Below are positions 1 through 12,109 of a stretch of 64,000 bases of DNA, piece after piece. Under the pieces are notes generated by a model. The model ran no database searches, was not told where the DNA came from, and saw only the letters and a program-made list of their open reading frames with translations. A program made the translations under genes and the position numbers. The stretch is from assembly GCF_036365525.1 (NCBI RefSeq), contig NC_090379.1:114564263-114628262 (forward strand), given 5' to 3'. Numbering within the stretch: position 1 is the stretch's first letter; each line of letters opens with the position of its first letter. The DNA comes from Heterodontus francisci. Its lineage: Eukaryota.

Positions 1-239
1 TCCGTTGATATGCTCCTGCTGCTTTGCCACTGCTTACAATACACAGCTGAAGAGATCCAACCGCTATTCACACTTCCCTTTTTCTCTTCACCCAATACCT
101 ACTAGTGGATAGTTACACAGACCCACAGGTACCACACCCATGTGGGAGCCAAGGCCATAAGCATCAGCAGGCTAGTGATCAAGGCACAAAGGACAATCAA
201 GTCTCAATGTGTCATCACATAGCCTCTGGTGCACAGGTG

Positions 240-1025
240 CACTCTCATGCATTAGGAATACTGGACTTGGCAACATGATTATGTTTTAAAACGGTGATTT
301 TTAAAAGTTTAAGATAGAGTCCGAGAAGTCAGGTGACCTCACATCTGCTTAAGGACACAACAGAAGTCTTGGTTGCCAGGACGACAGAAAATACAGAACA
401 AAGACTTTTTTGTTTCAAAAACAGGGACTGCAGGGATAACACCTGAAGAACAATAGGTTTCTCCCTCCCAGACTTGCGAATCGTAAACAAGGAGTCAGTG
501 ACTTTTGAAGATGCAAATATATCAGGCAGCTGATAACACCTGGGAACAAGCCCAGGTAGCTTGGCTGAAACCAGACGTTTGAAATGTGCATATTGGAAAA
601 GGACAATAAGCTATTGATTTTACAGTCCACACAAATTTAATAGATTTTCTGAAAGCAGTCAGGCTGCACAGAAGACGGCAGGGAGCTGGGGGGGTGGGGG
701 GGGGGGGGGAGGGAGCTGGGGGGGGGGGGGGGTGCAGGGGAGGTGGAGATACAGGGAGGCAGAGAGTGTGGGGAGCAGAGAGAGAGAGGGGGGCACAGAG
801 AGAAGGGGGAGAGAGAGAGAAGAGGTACAGAGAGAGAGAGAGAGGGCGACAGGCAGCAAGAGACAGAGAAGTGAACCAAGAGGACATTGATTTTGAAAAT
901 TTCTGGGAGATACAACCCATTGCAACTGGGACGAGTCTGGTACATTTAACCACAAAGATTTTTCCATCAAAGAGGACTGTATAACATAAGAGATTGTACT
1001 TTCACACAGACTGAAACAGCTCAAG
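240..1025. mobile_element. Possible LTR-like repeat remnant with internal G/GA-rich simple repeat (680-870)
   Basis: Non-coding, with an internal (GA)n/G-run tract. General resemblance to shark LTR-type repeats only; termini not defined. Confidence 0.25.
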
Positions 1026-1029
1026 TGCT

Positions 1030-3590
1030 AAAAACAACAAATATCTAGAATCTATTTGCGACAGTTTTTTGGACCAAATGTTTTAGAAACAACAAAGGAA
1101 CAAGGCATCTTGATTATGTGATGACTAAAGATGTAGAATTAGTTAATAATCTGATGGCAAGGGAACATATTGTGCATAGTGGCCATATTATGATTGAATT
1201 CTCTATCAGGTTTGTGAAGGAGAGTCAGAAACCACGGTTTTAGATTTAAGTAAGGCAAACTTTGAAGAAATGAGAATTGAACTTACCATGGAAAACTGGG
1301 CTCAGCTGTTAATGGGCAAAACTTCAACAACTAGAATATTACATAGCACTTTTAACATTGTAAAACATCCCAGGGCACTTAACAGCAGCCACATAAGGGG
1401 ATATTAGGACAGTTGACTAAGGGTTTGCTCCCAGAGGTAAACTTTAAGGAGTATCGTTGGGAGGAAGGAGAGGCAGAGCGGTGTAGTCAGAGAATTCCTG
1501 AGCTGAGGGCCAAGGCACCTGAAGGCACAGCCACCAATGGTGGAGCAATGGAAACCAAGAGGCCAGAGATCTGAGAAGCTGCAAGGCTGGAGGTGGTCAC
1601 ATAGATAGTGAGGAATGAGACAATGAAGGAATTTGGAAACAAGGATGAGAATCTTAACATTCAGGGGTTACTGGACTTGGAGCCAACATCAGTCAGTGAG
1701 CAAAGGGGTGATGGGTGCACGGGACTTGGTGCGAATTCGGATCCAGGCAGTAGAATTTTGGATGGGCTGAAGTTTATGGAGGGTGCAAGATGGGAGGTCA
1801 GTCAGCAGAGCATTGGAATAAGATGAGTCTAGCAGTAGCCAAGGCATGGATGAGGATTTCAGCAACAGATGATCTGAGGCAGGGTCAGAGATAAACAAAC
1901 TCAGAGTTACAGACAAATTCCGCTAAGTATTTAAAGTAATTAGCACAATACAAAACCACTACAAGTCCCTAAAATGCAAATGCCCCACCTTTATCTTTTA
2001 GCAACCATGGTCAACAAATGAAGTAAGAGACAGAATCAAACTAAAAGAAAAAACTTACACAAATCCAAGGAGTCTGGTAGTCAGACAGTTTTAGAAAGCA
2101 ACAAAGGAATACAAAAAGGAATACAAAGGTACAAAAAGGAAATATATATTTTTTAAAAATCAATGCTAACAGAAAAAGATTTTGTCAACACACTAAGAGT
2201 ATGACAAGGGGGAATGAAAAAGATAGGTGCAGGTGGGATAATAAGGAAATGGTAGACTTGACAAATGAACACATTGCATCCGTTTTCACAGCGGAAGAGG
2301 AGGATGAAATATCAGCAGTACAAGGGAACTAAAATTGGAAATTTACAAATAGCAGTCCATTCCTTCATAAGGGATGGAGGGAGCAATCATGAAACTACAG
2401 GCCTATCAGTTGTGGGGAAGTTACTGGAATTCATCATCAGGGACAGAGTGACTGAACACTGATCAACTTGTACTTGTTCAAAAGTCAGCATGGATTTGTA
2501 ACAAAGTCAGGTCTGACCAATCCAGTTGAATTTTCTGAGAAGGTAATTAACATGGTGGATTGGGAATGACTCTGGATGTTTTCCAGATGGATTTCCAAAA
2601 AGCATTTAATAAGGTTCTGCACAAGTGATTACCAAAATTTGGAGGTAATGTTGTGATATAGATTTACAATTGGTCAAGAGATAAGAGGGAGTGTCCTGGG
2701 ATAGAGGGAACAACCTCTGATTGGTGCAATGTGGCCACTGGCGTGCTCCAGGGATCTGAACTAGGGCCTCAGTTTTTGACCACATATTAATAACTTGGAT
2801 AAAGGAATGGCTTGGCCATGTGAGCCGCATGGAAGATGGCAGGATCCCCAAAGACACATTGTACAGTGAGCTCGCCACTGTATCAGACCCACCAGCCGTC
2901 CATGTCTCCGCTTTAAAGACGTCTGCAAACGCGACATGAAGTCCTGTGACATTGATCACAAGTCGTGGGAGTCAGTTGCCAGCAATCGCCAGAACTGGCG
3001 GACAGCTATAAAGGTGGGGCTAAAGTGTGGCGAGTCGAAGAGACTTAGCAGTTGGCAGGAAAAAAGACAGAAGCGCAAGGGGAGAGCCAACTATGTAACA
3101 GCCGCAACAAACAAATTTTTCTGCAGCACCTGCGGAAGAGCCTGTCACTCTAGAATTGGCCTTTATAGCCACTCCAGGCACTGCTCCACACTCCACTGAC
3201 CACCTCCAGGCGCTTACCCATTGTCTCTCGAGATAAGAGGCCAAAGAGACAAAGGAATAAAGTATTGCATAGCCAAGTTTGCAGATATCAAGTTAGGAGG
3301 CTCAGTGAGGTGTGTAAATAGCAACTAGTAAGTACAAAGAAACACAGCCAGACTGAATGAGTTGTCAAAACAGTAGCAGATGCAGTCCAAGGCAGAAAAG
3401 TGGGAGATCATTCACTTCAGATCCAAGAAAAACAACTGGAATATTTTCTTAATGGGCGAGTCTGGGATCTGTAGACCATTGAAAGGATTGAGGTGTCCAT
3501 GTACCTAAATTAATAAATGCTAGCTCACAGCGACAAAGAGTAATAGAAAAGACTAATGCAACGTTACCATTACCTCAAGTGGGAGATATA
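1030..3590 (+). mobile_element. Degenerate CR1 LINE fragments, interrupted by an L2-like fragment (~1335-1880, -) and an RTE insertion
   Basis: Frameshifted RT-like remnants, e.g. SVVGKLLEFIIRDRVTEH and gatttccaaaaagcatttaataaggt (DFQKAFNKV). Confidence 0.7.
2809..3250 (+). mobile_element. RTE-clade LINE 3' fragment
   Basis: WLGHVSRMEDGRIPK and the C-terminal C2H2 motif FCSTCGRACHSRIGLYSHSRHC are typical of RTE ORF ends. Flanked by AAAGGAAT at 2801-2808 and 3251-3258 (TSD). Confidence 0.85.
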
Positions 3591-3994
3591 TCCTTCAAGA
3601 AAGGCACTGAAATCAAAAGGAATCTGAAAGGAACCTAGTATCAGATATGGCTCAACAAAGCCAATAGGATGCCAAGCAATTCAGTCAAACACCAGAACTA
3701 ACAGGTCAGAGAACCAGGAATAGGGCTCCGTGGATGACGAGGGAGATAGAGATTATGATGAAACAAAAAAAGATGGTGTATGATGCAAGTCAGGTGAATT
3801 CTTCAAGTGTGAATTAGGCCAAATACAATAAGTTGAGAGGGGGAGGTGAAGAGGAAATTAAGACGATCAAAAAGAGAATGAGAATAGAATGGCAGTTAAC
3901 ATAACAGGGAACCCAAAAATTTTTCGCTGGCAGGTAAATAATAAGTGGATTACTAAGAGACAGGGGTGAGGCCTACTAGGACAAAGAGGATTTT

Positions 3995-5170
3995 TTTTTA
4001 TTCATTCGGATAGGTCAGCATTTATTGACCATCTCGAATTGTCCTCGAGGAGGTGGTGGTGAGCTGCTCTCTTGAACCGCTGCAGTCCTTGGAGTGTAAG
4101 TACAACAACAGTGCTGATGGGAAGGGAGTTCCAGGATTTTGACCCATGACAGTGAAGGAATAGCGATATAGTTCTGAGTCAGGATGGTGTGTGGCTTGGA
4201 GGAAACCTGCAGGTAGTGGTATTGCCATGCATCTGCTGCCCTTGTCCTTCTAGGTGGTAGAAGTCACAGGTTTGGAAGGTGCTGCTGAAGGAGCCTTGCT
4301 GAGTTGCTGCAGTGCATCTTGTAGATGGTACACACTGCTGCCACTGTGCATCGGTGATGGATGGGGTGCCAATCAAGCGGGCCGCTTTGTCCTGGATGGT
4401 GTCAAGCTTGAGTCTTGTTGGAGCTACTCCATCCAGGCAAGTGGAGAGTCACACTCCTGACTTGTGCCTTGTAGATGGTGGACAGGCATTGGAGAGACAG
4501 GTGGTGAGTTACTCATCATAGAATTCCCAGCCTCTGCCCTGCTCTTGTAACAACAGCATTTCTGTGGCTGGTCCAGTTGTTTCAGGTCAATGATGACCCC
4601 CCCCAAAGGATGTTGATAGTGGGGGATTCTGCGACAGTAATGCAGAACATCAAGGGGAGATGGTTCGATTCTCTCATGTTTGAGATGGTCTTTGCCTGGC
4701 ACTTGTGTTTCACGAATATTACTTGCCACATATCAGCCCCAGCCTGGACATTGTCTTGGTCTTGCTGCATTTCTACAAGGACTGCTTCAGTATCTAAGTA
4801 GTCACGAATGGCGCAGAACATTGTGCAATCATCTGTGAACATCCTCACTTCTGATGGACGGAAGGTCGTTGATGAAGCAGCTGAAGATGGTTGGGAACTA
4901 GGACACTACACTGAGGAACTCATGTAGTAATGTCTAGGGACTGAAATGATTGACCTCCAACAACCACAATCATCTTGCTTTGTGGTAGATATGACTCCAA
5001 ACAGTGCAGTGATTTCATTGACTCCAGTTTTTCTTGGGCTCCTTGATGCCATACTCGATCAAATGCTGCCTCGATATCAAGAACAATCACTCTCACCTAC
5101 GGAGTTCAGCTCGTCCATGTTTGGATCAATGACATCAGGAGCTGAGTGGCCCTGGCAGAACCCAAACAGT
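3995..5170 (-). mobile_element. Non-LTR retrotransposon family B (CR1/L2-group RT), 3' portion
   Basis: MFTDDCTMF RT motif. Same family as 13.6-14.5, 29.7-30.3, 39.7-42.0 and 53.5-56.1 kb. Confidence 0.85.
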
Positions 5171-5189
5171 GATAGAGAAATAGAGAAGA

Positions 5190-6430
5190 GGGGACCGGGG
5201 GGGGGGGGGGGGGGGGGGGGTGGAGAGGAGAGGAGAGGAGAGGGGACAGGGGGGGGGGGTGGAGAGGAGAGGAGAGGGGACAGGGGGGGGTGAAGAGGGG
5301 ACAGGGGGGGGGGGTGAAGAGGGGACAGGGGGGGGGGTGAAGAGGGGACAGGGGGGGTGGGGGTGAAGAGGGGACAGGGGGGGGGTGAAGAGGGGACAGG
5401 GGGGGGGGGGTGAAGAGGGGACAGGGGGGGGGTGAAGAGGGGACAGGGGGGGGGTGAAGAGGGGACAGGGGGGGGGTGAAGAGGGGGACAGGGGGGGGTG
5501 AAGAGGGGACAGGGGGGGGGTGAAGAGGGGACAGGGGGGGGGTGAAGAGGGACAGGGGGGGGTGAAGAGGGGACAGGGGGGGGTGAAGATGGGACAGGGG
5601 GGGGGGTGACGAGGGGACAGGGGGGGGGGTGACGAGGGGACAGGGGGGGGGTGACGAGGGGACAGGGGGGGGGTGACGAGGGGACAGGGGGGGGGGTGAC
5701 GAGGGGACAGGGGTGGGGGGGGGTGAAGAGGGACAGGGGGGGGGTTGAAGAGGGGACGGGGGGGGGGTGAAGAGGGGACAGGGGGGGGGGGGTGAAGAGG
5801 GGACAGGGGGGGTGAGAGGGGACAGGGGGGGGTGAAGAGGGGACGGGGGGGGGTGAAGAGGGGACGGGGGGGGGTGAAGAGGGACGGGGGGGGGTGAAGA
5901 GGGGACGGGGGGGGGGTGAAGAGGGGACAGGGGGGGGGGTGAAGAGGGGACAGGGGGGGGGTGAAGAGGGGACAGGGGGGGGTGAAGAGAGGGACAGGGG
6001 GGGGGTGTGAAGAGGGGACAGGGGGGTGGTGAAGAGGGGACAGGGGGGGGGGTGAAGAGGGGACAGGGGGGGGGTGAAGAGGGACAGGGGGGGGGTGAAG
6101 AGGGGACAGGGGGGGGTGAAGAGGGGACAGGGGGGGGTGAAGAGGGGACAGGGGGGGGGTGAAGAGGGGACGGGGGGGGTGAAGAGGGGACGGGGGGGAG
6201 AAGAGGGGACGGGGGGAGAAGAGGGGGACGGGGGGGGGGTGGGAGAGAGGGGACGGGGGGGTGAAGAGGGGACGGGGGGAGAAGAGGGGACGGGGGGAGA
6301 AGAGGGGACGGGGGAGAAGAGGGACGAGAAGAGGGGACGGGGGGAGAAGAGGGACGGGGGGAAGAGGGGACGGGGGGAAGAGAAAGGGTGGAAGGGAGGG
6401 AGGGAGGAAGGAAAGAGGAGGGGGGGAAGG
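5190..6430 (+). repeat. G-rich minisatellite, ~21-23 bp unit GGGGACAGGGGGGGGTGAAGA
   Basis: Dozens of tandem units with variable G-run length; strong G-quadruplex potential. Confidence 0.95.
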
Positions 6431-6543
6431 AGAAAAGGGGATAAGCGAGGAGAGATTGAATGCTTCAGTTTCTATTTCGCTAGCTAAAGGTTCCCCTGCA
6501 AACCACCCTCCACCACCAACCCCCATCCCCGGGCGGTACTCAC

Positions 6544-6650
6544 GGTGAATTAGCCTGTTGCAGCACAGGCCGCACGCTCACATAGCTCGCGGCTTCATGT
6601 TGATGCCGCGCGTGGGGAACATGGGAGGGTGGGGGGGGGGGGGTGGTTCT
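6544..6650 (-). other. ZNF106: Probable non-coding first exon of the divergent upstream gene (ZNF106 by synteny); 5' end approximate
   Basis: CpG-rich segment ending in a strong minus-strand donor (TTCACC|GTGAGT, GT at 6543-6542). Identity is inferred only from the human head-to-head ZNF106/SNAP23 arrangement; no ZNF106 coding exon is seen. Confidence 0.5.
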
Positions 6651-6800
6651 GTTGTCGCGCAAGCGCGAGCTGGGCATCCGACGCATGCGCAATGCGACGC
6701 TAAGTGATTATATATATATATATACGTCACTACGGTACGGGGCATGCGTAGTGAGAAAGTATAAGCAACAAGAGTTGAAGGGAAGTGCTGCTGCGGAGTG
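6600..6800. promoter_or_regulatory. CpG-rich bidirectional promoter (ZNF106?/SNAP23)
   Basis: NRF1-like ACGCATGCGC 6681-6690, CRE-like TACGTCAC 6723-6730, ETS GGAAGTG 6781-6787 and a (TA)n tract, between two divergent splice donors. Confidence 0.75.
6745..6800 (+). other. SNAP23: SNAP23 non-coding exon 1 (start approximate; second assembled copy ends at 7260)
   Basis: Donor GGAGTG|GTGAGT at 6800/6801 in the CpG island. The first coding exon has its own acceptor, so an upstream UTR exon is required. Confidence 0.65.
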
Positions 6801-6914
6801 GTGAGTACTTGGGGTTACGGTACGATGTAATCCTTATCTTCTTCCCTTCACCACCCTCACCAACTAACTCCTTCCCTTCGCCACCCCCCCCCACCAATTA
6901 ACTCCTTCCCTTTA

Positions 6915-7114
6915 NNNNNNNNNNNNNNNNNNNNNNNNNNNNNNNNNNNNNNNNNNNNNNNNNNNNNNNNNNNNNNNNNNNNNNNNNNNNNNNNNNNNNN
7001 NNNNNNNNNNNNNNNNNNNNNNNNNNNNNNNNNNNNNNNNNNNNNNNNNNNNNNNNNNNNNNNNNNNNNNNNNNNNNNNNNNNNNNNNNNNNNNNNNNNN
7101 NNNNNNNNNNNNNN
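6915..7114. other. Assembly gap (200 N) with duplicated flanks
   Basis: ~6658-6914 is repeated at ~7116-7370, with differences mainly in homopolymer and (TA)n length. Confidence 0.95.
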
Positions 7115-7329
7115 TCGCAAGCGCAGAGCTGGGCATCCGACGCATGCGCAATGCGACGCTAAGTGATATATATATATATATATACGTCACTACGGTACGG
7201 GGCATGCGTAGTGAGAAAGTATAAGCAACAAGAGTTGAAGGGAAGTGCTGCTGCGGAGTGGTGAGTACTTGGGGTTACGGTACGATGTAATCCTTATCTT
7301 TCTTCCCTTCACCACCTCACCAACTAACT

Positions 7330-8705
7330 CCTTCCTTCGCCACCCCCCCCCACCAATTAACTCCTTCCCTTTGCCCCCCCCACCAACTACCTCCATCCCT
7401 TTGCCCTCCCCCCCGCCAACTACCTCCTTCCTTTGCCCTCCCCCCCGCCAACTACCTCCTTCCCTTTGCCCCTCCCCCCCGCCAACTACCTCCTTCCCTT
7501 TGCCCTCCCCCCCCGCCAACTACCTCCTTCCTTTGCCCTCCCCCCCCGCCAACTACCTCCTTCCCTTTGCCCTCCCCCCCCCGCCAACTACCTCCTTCCC
7601 TTTGCCCTCCCCCCCCCGCCAACTACCTCCTTCCCTTTGCCCTCCCCCCCCCGCCAACTACCTCCTTCCCTTTGCCCTCCCCCCCCGCCAACTACCTCCT
7701 TCCCTTTGCCCTCCCCCCCCCCGCCAACTACCTCCTTCCCTTTGCCCTCCCCCCCGCCAACTACCTCCTTCCCTTTGCCCTCCCCCCCCCGCCAACTACC
7801 TCCTTCCCTTTGCCCTCCCCCCCCCGCCAACTACCTCCTTCCCTTTGCCCTCCCCCCCCCGCCAACTACCTCCTTCCCTTTGCCCTCCCCCCCGCCAACT
7901 ACCTCCTTCCTTTGCCCTCCCCCCCCGCCAACTACCTCCTTCCCTTTGCCCTCCCCCCCCCGCCAACTACCTCCTTCCCTTTGCCCTCCCCCCCCCCGCC
8001 AACTACCTCCTTCCCTTTGCCCTCCCCCCCCGCCAGCTACCTCCTTCCCTTTGCCTCCCCCCCCCGCCAGCTACCTCCTTCCCTTGCCCTCCCCCCCCCC
8101 CGCCAACTACCTCCTTCCCTTTGCCCTCCCCCCCCCGCCAACTACCTCCTTCCCTTTGCCCTCCCCCCCCCCCCGCCAACTACCTCCTTCCCTTTGCCCT
8201 CCCCCCCCGCCAACTACCTCCTTCCCTTTGCCCTCCCCCCCGCCAACTACCTCCTTCCCTTTGCCCTCCCCCCCCGCCAACTACCTCCTTCCCTTTGCCC
8301 TCCCCCCCCCCGCACAACTACCTCCTTCCCTTTGCCCTCCCCCCCCCCCGCCAACTACCTCCTTCCCTTTGCCCTCCCCCCCCCCCCCCGCCAACTACCT
8401 CCTTCCCTTTGCCCTCCCCCCCCCCCGCCAACTACCTCCTTCCCTTTGCCCTCCCCCCCCCCCGCCAACTACCTCCTTCCCTTTGCCCCTCCCCCCCCCC
8501 CCGCCAACTACCTCCTTCCCTTTGCCCTCCCCCCCCCCGCCAACTACCTCCTTCCCTTTGCCCTCCCCCCCCCCCCGCCAACTACCTCCTTCCCTTTGCC
8601 CTCCCCCCCCGCCAACTACCTCCTTCCCTTTGCCCTCCCCCCCCCGCCAACTACCTCCTTCCCTTTGCCCTCCCCCCCCCCCGCCAACTACCTCCACCCC
8701 CACCC
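7330..8705 (+). repeat. C-rich minisatellite, ~34 bp unit CCCCCCCCCGCCAACTACCTCCTTCCCTTTGCCCT
   Basis: About 40 near-identical tandem units in SNAP23 intron 1. Confidence 0.95.
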
Positions 8706-8709
8706 CCTC

Positions 8710-9500
8710 AGATTAATTAAAGCCAGCATAGATTTGTTAAGGGAAAATAATATTTTACTATTTTTAATGAGGTAACAGAGGGTTAATGGGGAATGCGGTT
8801 GATGTGGTGTACTTGGACTTCCAAAAGACATTTCATGAAGTGGCACATGATATGCTCTCCAGCAAAGTTTAACCCCAAGGAATAAATGGGACAGTGACAG
8901 CATAGATACCAAGTTAGCTGAGTGATAGGAAACAGTACTGGTGAATAGTTTGTTTTTCAGACTGGAGGTATTCCCCAGGAGTCGGTACTAAGGCCACTGC
9001 TTTTCTTGATCTATATTAATAGCTGAGACTTGGATGTGCAGGGCACAATTTCAAAATTTCCAGATGACATGAAACTTAGTATGGTGATGTCCTTCAAGAG
9101 GATATAGACAGGCTGGTGGGATGGGCAGACATGTGGCAGCTAAAATTTAATGCAAACTGATACATTTTGGTTGGAAGGAGGAGAAGAAGCACTATAAACT
9201 GAAGGATACAATTCTCAAGGGGGTGCAGGAGCAGTGAGACCCGGGGGTGTACGTGCACAAATCATTGAAGCTGGTAGGGCAGGTTGAGAAACTGGTTAAA
9301 ATGGCATATGGATTCCTGGGCTTTATAAATAGGGGTATAGAATACAAAAGCAAAGAAGTTATGGTAAAACCTTTATAAAACACAGGTTCACTTTCAGCTG
9401 GAGTATTGTGTCCAATTTTGGGCACCATACTTTAGGAAGGATATTAAGACATTAGAGTGCAGAAAAAAATTACAAGACTGTTTCAAGGGAGGAGGAACTT
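8710..9500 (+). mobile_element. Degenerate CR1 LINE RT fragment
   Basis: gtgtacttggacttccaaaag (VYLDFQK) and ctggagtattgtgtccaattttgggcacca ([10 protein letters not shown]). Confidence 0.85.
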
Positions 9501-10199
9501 CCTGCATTTGGCGCGCAAGTCTCTAGAGTGGGTCTTGAACCTGTCACTTTCCTGACTGGGGATGATCGTGCGCCCACTGAGTCGTGGCTGACGCTGCATT
9601 CTCGTCAGGCTCCAGCAACGACCTGGGGTGTGTGTGTAGTCCTGACTATCTGAGAAGTCTCATTACTGAAAGAAAAAAATGAAACTGGCTGCAATGTACT
9701 TGTAAGAGTGTTTAGTCTGCTTTCAGGATATCCTAGGTCTATTCCAATGCATTCTGTTCAAAGTCAACCACGGAACATTTCCTCCTTGTATATGAAGCAC
9801 AACTGTAACTGAGGGTTAGAATCTTTGCTCCACAAAGCACTAAGGATATGGTCTCCCCATCTCTCTCCTCGCCAGAAAGTAAAGCAGCAAGTATTGATTG
9901 CTCAGGAGTAATCTGACTGAATTCCTTCCCTGGTCCTGTATATACCATTCCTGTGCTGATCCTCTCTGATACTGGACTTTGCTCTTCCTGTGCAACTAAT
10001 TGATTTATGGGCCTTTATGTCATGAGCAGACAGCTGCTGCATACCAAACTGTTGGGGAGGAGGTGGGGAAGCTGTGAGCCATTTGGCCCATTCACTGCTG
10101 ACCAAAAGAAGCAATGTGGAGCCCACTGCTACAGGTCAGTAATGTGACTGCTCTGCACAGTCCCTCTCCAGCTATCAGGGAAGGTTCAGAGCTCAGAAT

Positions 10200-10634
10200 A
10201 CAAAGAGCTTTCGCACTTTTCAGGACATCCCCAAAGTCCTTTACAGCCAAGTAAATAATTCTTTCAAGTACTGTTGTAATGTAGAAATGTGGGGCAGCCA
10301 ATTTGCACATAGCAAGACTCCACAAACAGCAATGAGATGACCAGATAATCTGTTTTAGTGCTGTTGGTTGCAGGATGAATATTGGCTGGGACACCGGGGA
10401 GAACTCCCCTGCTCAAATAGTGCTGTGGGATCTTTTACCTCCATCTGAGAAGGTAGACGGGGCCTCAATTTAACGTCTCATCCAAACAACTGCACTTTTG
10501 ACAGTATGGGACATCCTCAGTACTGCACGGAACTGTCAACCTAGATTTTATATTGAAATAATCTGCAGTGGGACTAGAACCCACAACCTTCTGACTTGGA
10601 GGTCAGTTTACCACCCACTGAGCCACAATTGACA
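10200..10634 (-). mobile_element. DeuSINE (SacSINE1-like)
   Basis: tRNA-like head, Deu-type core (gatgagacgttaaa..gaggccccgtct) and L2-type tail. Confidence 0.8.
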
Positions 10635-11570
10635 CAACTCAGAGAAGTAGTTACAGAACGTAAATTTGAAATGACTGCACATTGCAGAAAGATGTAGGGC
10701 CCTGGGACTGTGGTTTTTAACATCTGCGGTTCTTGTTCACCTGGCTGATGCAGAGGGTATGAGGCTGCTCTGTGTAAATGGTATGGCAGCCAGAACACTC
10801 CACCTGAAAAGCTTGTGGGAGTGCACGTTGGGGTCTGCGTGTGGATCTCTGTCTGTGACTGTGTTGCTTTATCTTGGTGATTACACTGCATTCTGGCTGG
10901 TGTGTACAGTATGCATTTCAAGGTGAATGAGACAAAAGGTGGTAGCGACGTGGCCTTTCACTTCAGGACTAGTCAATCACCTAAACCTTTGCAAGTGAGA
11001 TGGGATTAAATGTAGAACCAGAACTTAGACATAATTCAGTCCCCAGTTTAAAGGAATAAATTCTGCTGTTTGTATTCTCCATTGTACATTTCTATGTGTA
11101 ATAGATACTGACTATGTAAATCTGTCACTCTCCGATTCCCTACCCTGCAGTAGTGGCTCCTGACCTTGGTAGGACACTGATAATCTCTCTCTTTTTAGTT
11201 CTGAGATGAATTTTATTTATGTATCGCTGAAGTGTAAACAACAGCCTCTGAGTTTTGACTCCACCTCCTGCTCTACTTCCTCTCAGCCTCGTTATCTCCT
11301 CAGGTTTTTAAAGCTAATCGTCACTGTGGTACTGAGTGCTAAGGTCCCTATTAACCACCCGTTTGTTCATAACTTCATTCTACTCCTGGGAGACGCCCAC
11401 AGCTCGCCAACTTTTGCCCAAGATACGAGAAAAAAGCCTGATAACTGGTACGTGATCCTTTTCTTCACTCTAGCCTGTGACTAAACTCCTGTTTTATCAA
11501 TGCTATGATAGTTGTTGCTCCGCTGAATTTCCTCTCTTGTTCGTCCGAAGCTCTAATTAAAACGTAAAAG

Positions 11571-11900
11571 ACAATTTGCTTACAGCAAGGTCCCACCAAC
11601 AGCAGTGTGGTAACGACCAGATAGTGTTTTTAATGTATTAATGTTAATCAGCAGCTAGAGAGAATGCCCCTACTCTTGTTTCATTAGTGTCTGTGGGATC
11701 TTTGACACCCACCTGAGGGGGCAGATGGGCCTCGCTTTAACATCTGTTCCGAAAGACAGCAACTCCTGATAGTGCAGTGTTCCCTCAGTGTAATACTGGG
11801 TGTGTCAGCCTGGATTATGTGCTTACGTCTCTGGAATGGGATTTGAACCCATGGCTTTCTGACTTGGGTGAGAGTGCTACCCACTGAGCCACAGCCACAG
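11571..11900 (-). mobile_element. DeuSINE (SacSINE1-like)
   Basis: Same family as 10.2-10.6 kb. Confidence 0.75.
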
Positions 11901-12109
11901 ACCATCCTACACCACCACCTCGCATTTAATTTCTACCATCCAAATGATTCCAGATGGTGGCATTTTCTTCTCCTTCATTGTTTCCTTCCTTGTACACTCT
12001 ACACATTCAAAAACTCTAGCTCTGCATCAACTGATCACTAATTCTATTATCTCCTCTTCACTCCAACCCTTTTCAGCTTTGATAGTATCCTACACTTAAA
12101 CTCTCAATA

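Noticed and set aside
1-5190. ZNF106 coding exons
   Set aside because: None recognised. The C2H2-like motif at 3.1 kb belongs to the RTE element.
6658-7370. Tandem duplication of the SNAP23 promoter and exon 1
   Set aside because: The copies abut a 200-N gap and differ mainly by homopolymer and (TA)n indels, which indicates an unmerged contig overlap.
5135-8775. 400-490 aa proline-rich ORFs
   Set aside because: They are translations of stop-free C-rich minisatellites, open in several frames.
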